A stretch of 64,000 nt of DNA from Candidatus Latescibacterota bacterium (lineage in GTDB: Bacteria > Latescibacterota > UBA2968 > GCA-2709665). Positions 58,218 to 64,000 of the stretch are shown in pieces. The translations under genes were made by a program, and so were the position numbers. The stretch is taken from contig OZ241917.1 of assembly GCA_965203805.1 (NCBI GenBank), positions 4,608,001-4,672,000 of the forward strand, read 5' to 3'. Within the stretch, counting starts at the first letter, position 1. The number at the start of each line of letters is the position of its first letter. The notes below the pieces were generated by a model. It saw only the letters and a list, made by a program, of their open reading frames with translations. It made no database searches and was not told the origin of the DNA.

Positions 58218-59105
58218 TCACGTCAGCGAGTTCCACTCCTCGCCGAGCGCATCGAACTGCGCGTAGAATGCCTCCAGCACCGGGTCCGTGAGCGGCCCCT
58301 TCGTCGTCAATTCCAGGTTATGCCGGGCATGGTCGGGATTCGTCGTCCCAACAATGGCCGTGTCGATGGCGTCCTGCGAGAGCGTGAAACGGAGTGAAAG
58401 CTCGATGGGATCCTCCGGCGCACCGTCCGGAATCTCGATCTGCTGCGCCCGTTCCCAGTAGGCATCCGCGTATCCGTACGGCGACGCCGACTGCCCGATG
58501 GCGCCGTTCGCGATCGGCCGCTTGGCAATCACGCCCATCTCCGCGGCACGCGCCTCCGGAAGCACGTCTGCGCGCCCCTTCTGGTCCACGAGGTTGAACG
58601 ACGTCTGCAGCGTGCTGAATACGCCCATCCGGATTGCCACCAGCGCGTCCTCGCCGTCGCCGCTGTACCCCACGTACCGTGTCTTGCCGTCTTCCTTCGC
58701 CCTCATCACCGCGTCCACGGCCTCGCCGGCTCTGAGCACGTCCGCCGAACACGTATGCAGCTGGACGAGGTCCACGTGATCCGTTTTCAACCGCTTCAGC
58801 GACCGGTCGATGCTCTCCTCGATGACCTCTCTCGACCACGGCTCCCCGGTGGCATCCCCGGTCACGTGCCCGCACTTGGTTGCCAGTACGTATTCGTCCC
58901 GTCGACCGCTGATGTACCGGCCGATCAGTTCCTCGCTGTTGTGGTAGCCGGCCGCCGTGTCGACCAGCGTGATCCCGTCGTCCAGCAGCCGGTTGAGCAG
59001 ATACCCAACCCGACCGGGATCCACGTCCTCCAGCCCGATCCTCGCGCCGCCGAACCCCAGGCGGGTGACTTCCATATCGGTCTTGCCAAGCGTTCGTGTC
59101 TCCAT
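58218..59105 (-). CDS. aldo/keto reductase
   Basis: METRTLGKT after a GGAGG RBS; DTAAGY..SEELIG, SLKRLKTDHVDLVQLH. Confidence 0.9.
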   Translation of the reverse strand: METRTLGKTDMEVTRLGFGGARIGLEDVDPGRVGYLLNRLLDDGITLVDTAAGYHNSEELIGRYISGRRDEYVLATKCGHVTGDATGEPWSREVIEESIDRSLKRLKTDHVDLVQLHTCSADVLRAGEAVDAVMRAKEDGKTRYVGYSGDGEDALVAIRMGVFSTLQTSFNLVDQKGRADVLPEARAAEMGVIAKRPIANGAIGQSASPYGYADAYWERAQQIEIPDGAPEDPIELSLRFTLSQDAIDTAIVGTTNPDHARHNLELTTKGPLTDPVLEAFYAQFDALGEEWNSLT

Positions 59106-59333
59106 CGCGTAACCTCCATCAAAAGCCGGGAGAGGGGAGACGGAAGACGGGAGAGGAGCGCCTCCCGTCCAGGTCTCGCGTTGAAATCCTTTTTGGGATT
59201 TTGTTGTTCGGGTTTCGGTTTTGCCTTTAGCTGACTGCTGAACGCTGAATGCTGACGGCTTTCTTGTGCGGACCGTGAAGATAAGTTCAGCGAATGGATT
59301 ATGCAAGAGTTTAGCCCGCGATCCCGTTTTGGG

Positions 59334-59362
59334 TTGACAGAAATGCCCTGCTGGTTTAGGTT
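59334..59362 (+). promoter_or_regulatory. putative sigma70 promoter
   Basis: TTGACA-17 bp-TAGGTT upstream of 59484. Confidence 0.45.
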
Positions 59363-59483
59363 TGATTGTTGCAACGCACGAAGCCAGAAGGCCCAACAAG
59401 CCACAGGAACGGCGGGCGCTTTTGTCTAACCGGGGCGGCGTTGACACAGCCTGGAGACCCGCTACCGAGAAGGAGAAAAATCC

Positions 59484-60350
59484 ATGGAACAGACCCGCGA
59501 CCGGGTGGCCTTCGACAATTACGTGGACGACGGCGGCTACACCGCGGACCTGTACGAATATCACGAGATCGATGAAGGAATCGAAAGCCTCGACGCTTCC
59601 ACCGATGCGGACGTGGATTTTTTCCACCGGAACGGCTATCTGGCCGTCAGAAATGCGTTCACGGGCGCCGAGGTCGATGACATGCAGAACGGGCTCATGG
59701 ATCTCATCAAGGGGAAGAATCCGGAATTCAAAGGCGTGCAGTTCGAAGTCAGCTACAAGGACAGGCTGCACTCGCTGACGGACGACGAACGGTGGGACGC
59801 GGTGCGAAAGCTCCAGTACTTCATGGGCTACGACCACCGATTGACCCGTCTGGCCGAACATCCGAAGATCCTGGACATCATGGCGCGAATCATCGGCGAG
59901 GAACCGGCGCTCTATTCGCATCAGGCCATCCTCAAACCGCCGCGGGTGGGGCGTGAAAAACCCTGGCACCAGGATCACGCCTACTTCAACCTTCCGATGG
60001 GGACGACCATCGTGAGCATGTGGATTTCCCTGGACAAAGCCACACCGGAAAACGGCTGCATGCGGGTGATTCCCGGTACCCATCTGCAGGGTCCCAGGGT
60101 CCATTTCAAGCGCCGCGACTGGCAGATCTGCGACACGCACGTAGTCAGAGACCGCGTGGTGGCGGTCCCGCTGGAACCGGGCGGCTGCCTCATCTGGTCG
60201 GGCATGATTCACCACGGCACGCCTGCCAACACCACCTCCCATCGGCGCAGGGCCCTGCAGTTCCACTATTGCCCCGCGCGCGTGGAAGCGACCACGTCAC
60301 AGGAGCGCCTGGCCGTATTCGGGAGCGAAGGAAAAGACGTCACCTGCTAG
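59484..60350 (+). CDS. phytanoyl-CoA dioxygenase family protein
   Basis: KPWHQD, WISLD.AT.ENGCM.VIPGTH, HHG, RRALQFHY. Confidence 0.92.
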   Translation: MEQTRDRVAFDNYVDDGGYTADLYEYHEIDEGIESLDASTDADVDFFHRNGYLAVRNAFTGAEVDDMQNGLMDLIKGKNPEFKGVQFEVSYKDRLHSLTDDERWDAVRKLQYFMGYDHRLTRLAEHPKILDIMARIIGEEPALYSHQAILKPPRVGREKPWHQDHAYFNLPMGTTIVSMWISLDKATPENGCMRVIPGTHLQGPRVHFKRRDWQICDTHVVRDRVVAVPLEPGGCLIWSGMIHHGTPANTTSHRRRALQFHYCPARVEATTSQERLAVFGSEGKDVTC

Positions 60351-60380
60351 CGACAGTCCAGACCCGCAACCCCCATTGAG

Positions 60381-60416
60381 AAAAGCCCCGGTGAACACAC
60401 GCCCCGGGGCCTTTTT
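60381..60416. terminator. intrinsic terminator
   Basis: AAAAGCCCCGG...CCGGGGC-CTTTTT. Confidence 0.7.
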
Positions 60417-60431
60417 CGCCTTTGTCGAAAT

Positions 60432-61262
60432 ATGGACCCCAAGCTCCACATCCTGCTCCGGATCCTCCTCGGCGGCCTTGCGCTCTACGTCCTCTACGCC
60501 GCCGTCCTTTTCTTCGCGCAGCGCCGTTTCATCTTTCCGCGACACCTGGTCCGGACGCCGCCTACCGACCTGACGGTTGCGCCGGGAATCGAGCGCATCT
60601 GGTTGAACACACGCGCCGGCCGAACGGAAGCCTGGCTGCTCCCGCCCGAAACCGACGCGGGTCCCGCTCCGGCGATCATCGTCGCCCACGGCAATGCCGA
60701 GCTCATCGACCACTGGGTCGACGAAGCGACGGCTCTCAGACGTCTGGGAATCGCCGTCCTTCTCGTGGAATACCCCGGATACGGACGGTCTGAAGGTTCT
60801 CCTTCCCAGGCCAGCGTCACCGAGGCCTTTGTGGCCGCATACGATATGCTGGCGGCCCGGGACGACGTCGACGCGGACCGGATCGTATTCCTGGGCCGCT
60901 CGCTCGGCGGGGGCGTGGTGTGCGCGCTCGCGGCCGAACGCCCGCCCGCCGCGCTGGCGCTGATTTCCACCTTCAAGAGCGTCAACGCCATGGCCGCGGA
61001 GAAATTCTTCGTTCCCCCATTCTTCGCTCGGGACCCGTTCGACAATCTGAAGACGTTGAGGAGCTATCCCGGACCCGTACTCATCGCGCACGGGACACGG
61101 GATTCGCTGATTCCGTACAGCCACGCCATCGCGCTGCACGATGCGTCCGGGCGCAGCCGTCTCATCACGTACGAAGCCGGGCACAACAACTGCCCGCCCG
61201 ACTGGCCGGCCTTCTGGCGGGAGGTGGACCGCTTCCTTCGGGAAGAGGGAATTCTCCGGTAG
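60432..61262 (+). CDS. membrane-anchored alpha/beta hydrolase (ABHD13-like)
   Basis: N-terminal TM, HGNAE, EYPGYG.S.G.P, GRSLGG, HG..D, GHN. Confidence 0.9.
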   Translation: MDPKLHILLRILLGGLALYVLYAAVLFFAQRRFIFPRHLVRTPPTDLTVAPGIERIWLNTRAGRTEAWLLPPETDAGPAPAIIVAHGNAELIDHWVDEATALRRLGIAVLLVEYPGYGRSEGSPSQASVTEAFVAAYDMLAARDDVDADRIVFLGRSLGGGVVCALAAERPPAALALISTFKSVNAMAAEKFFVPPFFARDPFDNLKTLRSYPGPVLIAHGTRDSLIPYSHAIALHDASGRSRLITYEAGHNNCPPDWPAFWREVDRFLREEGILR

Positions 61263-61292
61263 GCGCCGCGCATGGGAACGGAGTAAGCCAGC

Positions 61293-62069
61293 ATGCAGGC
61301 CATCGACTTCCACAACTCCTACGTCAGCTGGCGAACGGACTGGGAGGTCCTTCCGTCCAGAACCGCCTCGCACAGACCACCCTGGACGCTGAACGACGTC
61401 CGGGTCCCGATCGACAGCTGGTGCAGGCTGACGGAAAAAGCGTCGGGCGAATCGCGTGAATTCGTCCTGGGCGCCAACTGCAAGACCGAACGCGTGGGGG
61501 TGCCAAAGGATATCTGGACGAGCCCCAACGCGGATTTCGTGCCGGTCTTCACCAACGATCGGTTTCTGATTCTCAAGACCTACGACCGGGTGGGACGGCG
61601 GGTCAGCGCGTACCCGGCCTCGCTCGGGGATCAACCGGAACGACAGACGGGCCTGTCCGCGGAGACGTTCGTGGACGTACGCATCGATATCGCAAGGAAC
61701 GAGGGACAGGTGCTGGGCAACGCCGACGACGTCATCCGGGCCGTATCCGACAACGGCCAACTGCTCGCCCGCACCGAATACGCGGACGAGCAGTATGCAG
61801 CTACCATTGACTATCCCATCCGGACGATCAACACGAACGAGCGGGACGGTTTCTTCCAGACGGATACCGGCCCACTTCTGTTCCCTGATCTGAGCAGGGG
61901 CCCCGACGAACTGATCGAAGGTATGGAACTCGCGTTCGCGGCCTTCAACTCACCGGACTGGATCGAGTTTCTCGTCCGGGTTCCGACGCCGCTGACCGAC
62001 GACGTCAGCGTTTATCACTACGCCAGGTCCGTCAGGCTGGACTGCACGAACTCGGTGATACGGATCTGA
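61293..62069 (+). CDS. hypothetical protein
   Basis: Long ORF with host-like codon usage; no motif recognised. Confidence 0.7.
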   Translation: MQAIDFHNSYVSWRTDWEVLPSRTASHRPPWTLNDVRVPIDSWCRLTEKASGESREFVLGANCKTERVGVPKDIWTSPNADFVPVFTNDRFLILKTYDRVGRRVSAYPASLGDQPERQTGLSAETFVDVRIDIARNEGQVLGNADDVIRAVSDNGQLLARTEYADEQYAATIDYPIRTINTNERDGFFQTDTGPLLFPDLSRGPDELIEGMELAFAAFNSPDWIEFLVRVPTPLTDDVSVYHYARSVRLDCTNSVIRI

Positions 62070-62711
62070 TCGCGCGAAAGACGTTTTCTGGAACAACGCG
62101 GCGTCGCTTTTCAATGTGACCGACGATTGAACCGCCGACGTCTAGGTCGCCACACGAGTCGACTCAGAAACTGTGACACGGTGGGGTGGTTGGGAGAGGA
62201 AACGGGTGGGGCCATTATAGGAAAAATAGATAATCTATGCTGAGATCCACCACTATTATGCAGATTTAGAATAAAATTAAGTCTGCTATGGACATATCCG
62301 GCTTTAAAGACCCGCTCTCCTGTGCAGGATACTACCGGATTGCATTGAGTTGACATGATCGATGTACTTGGCTATACTTCTCACAGCGTTTTTCGCACCA
62401 CCAACTGTGTCGAATCTCTCAAAGACTTTATAGAACGACGGATCTGTAATCTGAAACTATGGAATAACTTCAATCAGCAATATCATTAGTCGGCAACAAC
62501 ACGTGGAAACTTGAGCCCCTATTTCGGAGGACTAAAGTCTTCCGTTGCGCTTTTTGCAGATCCACTGGCGTACGCAGGCTTCTCGACTTCAATCAGGACA
62601 TCCAACGCGCCTTTGACGCTGACCGAACGCGTCTGCTGTTTCAAGCTCAGATGGAACCTGTCCGGAGGATTTCAACGTGCCAGTTATTGCCAATCCAGTG
62701 AGTTGAGGTAA

Positions 62712-63575
62712 GTGGTAATGAACTCGGGAGACGGCCCTGTCTGTGTTTCGGTAATCAATATGAAGGGTGGCGTCGGCAAAACGACGATTGCGGCGATGCT
62801 GTGCTACTATGCGCCATCCAATCTTGACGTCCTCGCTATCGACCTCGATCCACAGGCCAACCTTTCTCAAGCACTCATGGGAGATACGCGATATAGGCAG
62901 TTTTTGGACACCCAAGCCCCGTCGATCGTCGAAATATTCCGAGGGTACCAACCTCCAAGCCAAGACACGGGATCGCCAGGATTGTTGGACTCTGAAGGCG
63001 TTGTCGTAGACACGTCTCGATTAGGGGGTCCAAATGTACGAGTCATTCCTTCCAGATTTGATTTTTCCGACAATCTGATAAACTCGCTGAAGCCTGATGA
63101 AACTGTTCTCGCGCGGTGTATCGCAGAGCATTTTCAGGACAAAGACATCATCATTATAGACTGTGCACCTACCGAGTCGATATTCACGAGAGCCGCATAC
63201 CATGCATCTCGCCACGTTCTCGTTCCTGTCAAGCCCGAGTATTTCGCGACAATTGGGTTTCCTTTGCTGAACGACTCCCTCAGATCCTTCAGAGACAAAA
63301 ACCGTGGACATCAGATAGATGTGATAGGTGTTGTCATCAACAACTCATCCTATCATTACAGTGGAAACCAAGGTGGTCCTGAAAGGCGGGTCGCCTTAGA
63401 AGAAATACACGAAGAGGCTGAACAAAGTGGCTGGCACGTATTCGAGAACGAGATTCCCCTTTCCCGTGGCTTTCCAAAAATGATGCGAGGGAATTTTTCT
63501 CGCCTTGGAGACGCCGGTCAATTCCGTTTTTTTGCGGAGGAGTTCTTTCAGGCGTTAGGGTTTGACCAGGATTGA
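62712..63575 (+). CDS. ParA/Soj family ATPase
   Basis: NMKGGVGKTT, IDLDPQANLS, IIDCAP. Confidence 0.88.
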   Translation: MVMNSGDGPVCVSVINMKGGVGKTTIAAMLCYYAPSNLDVLAIDLDPQANLSQALMGDTRYRQFLDTQAPSIVEIFRGYQPPSQDTGSPGLLDSEGVVVDTSRLGGPNVRVIPSRFDFSDNLINSLKPDETVLARCIAEHFQDKDIIIIDCAPTESIFTRAAYHASRHVLVPVKPEYFATIGFPLLNDSLRSFRDKNRGHQIDVIGVVINNSSYHYSGNQGGPERRVALEEIHEEAEQSGWHVFENEIPLSRGFPKMMRGNFSRLGDAGQFRFFAEEFFQALGFDQD

Positions 63576-63589
63576 GGAGGTCGGTTTCT

Positions 63590-64000
63590 ATGACCAAAGC
63601 TAATCTTAAGGAGGCGCTGCGCGGGTTGGTTCATCAGTTTGGATTCGAACAGGTTGGCAGGTCATTGCGGGAAATTCGCTACTCTGAACTAGATGACAAC
63701 AGTTCGAAACGAGCCGACGTGTTGAGTCGAACTGTTAGCGCGAAAAAGGCTGAAAAAAAGAAGCCAAAGGTAAGCGCACCGGAGTATGTCGAGAAGATGA
63801 AACTTGGCGCGGACAAGGAGCCAATAGTACTTGAACTTGCTACAAGATTTGAAGGCAAGGACTTCTTGCCAACATTTGGAGATATTGATAATTTCTGCCG
63901 GTTCTATGGGATTGATACGCCCGTGTCCAGGTCCAGAGCGAGTGCCATTCCGAGAGTCTTCAAATACATAGCAACAATGGAAATTCAAGATACCCGAAGA
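63590..64000 (+). CDS. hypothetical protein, 3'-truncated (not in ORF track)
   Basis: GAGGAGG RBS and ATG at 63590; open to the window end (MTKANLKEALRGLVHQFGFEQV...FLPTFGDIDNFCRFYG...). Confidence 0.75.
   Translation, partial: MTKANLKEALRGLVHQFGFEQVGRSLREIRYSELDDNSSKRADVLSRTVSAKKAEKKKPKVSAPEYVEKMKLGADKEPIVLELATRFEGKDFLPTFGDIDNFCRFYGIDTPVSRSRASAIPRVFKYIATMEIQDTRR

Noticed and set aside
58218-60266. 682-aa ORF suggesting an N-terminally extended aldo/keto reductase
   Set aside because: The extension is antisense to the PhyH gene and runs through repeats. The real start is 59105, with a GGAGG RBS.
62250-62282. dif-like words (TTATGCAG, ATTTAGAATAA)
   Set aside because: The XerC/XerD-like arms are not arranged around a 6-bp spacer.

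Overview
High-GC bacterial chromosomal segment. The gene content (four PhyH dioxygenases, two enolase-superfamily enzymes, two aldo-keto reductases, two Ldh_2 oxidoreductases, a DUF6785-type membrane protein, GWxTD proteins) resembles Latescibacterota/Poribacteria-like or related marine heterotrophs; this is an inference, not a taxonomic assignment. Main blocks: sugar-acid and other catabolic genes; a minus-strand ECF sigma/zinc anti-sigma pair followed by four exported TPR-GWxTD paralogues, interrupted by a YtrA-type GntR/ABC cassette; tandem beta-helix lipoproteins; and parE-parC. Two observations stand out. (1) A hidden selenoprotein at 37128-38318: a thioredoxin-like fold with C-V-U read through an in-frame TGA, followed by a SECIS-like hairpin; the ORF track splits it in two. 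(2) An AT-rich, self-contained cassette of promoter, strongly structured leader RNA and NYN/PIN RNase gene at 38478-39372, with the architecture of an RNA-antitoxin/RNase-toxin module. Intergenic regions carry several families of modular, nested palindromic and short tandem repeats, one with compensatory base changes, and one repeat cluster replaces most of a brnT toxin gene. No rRNA, tRNA, CRISPR array or transposase was recognised. All family calls come from motif recognition, not database searches.
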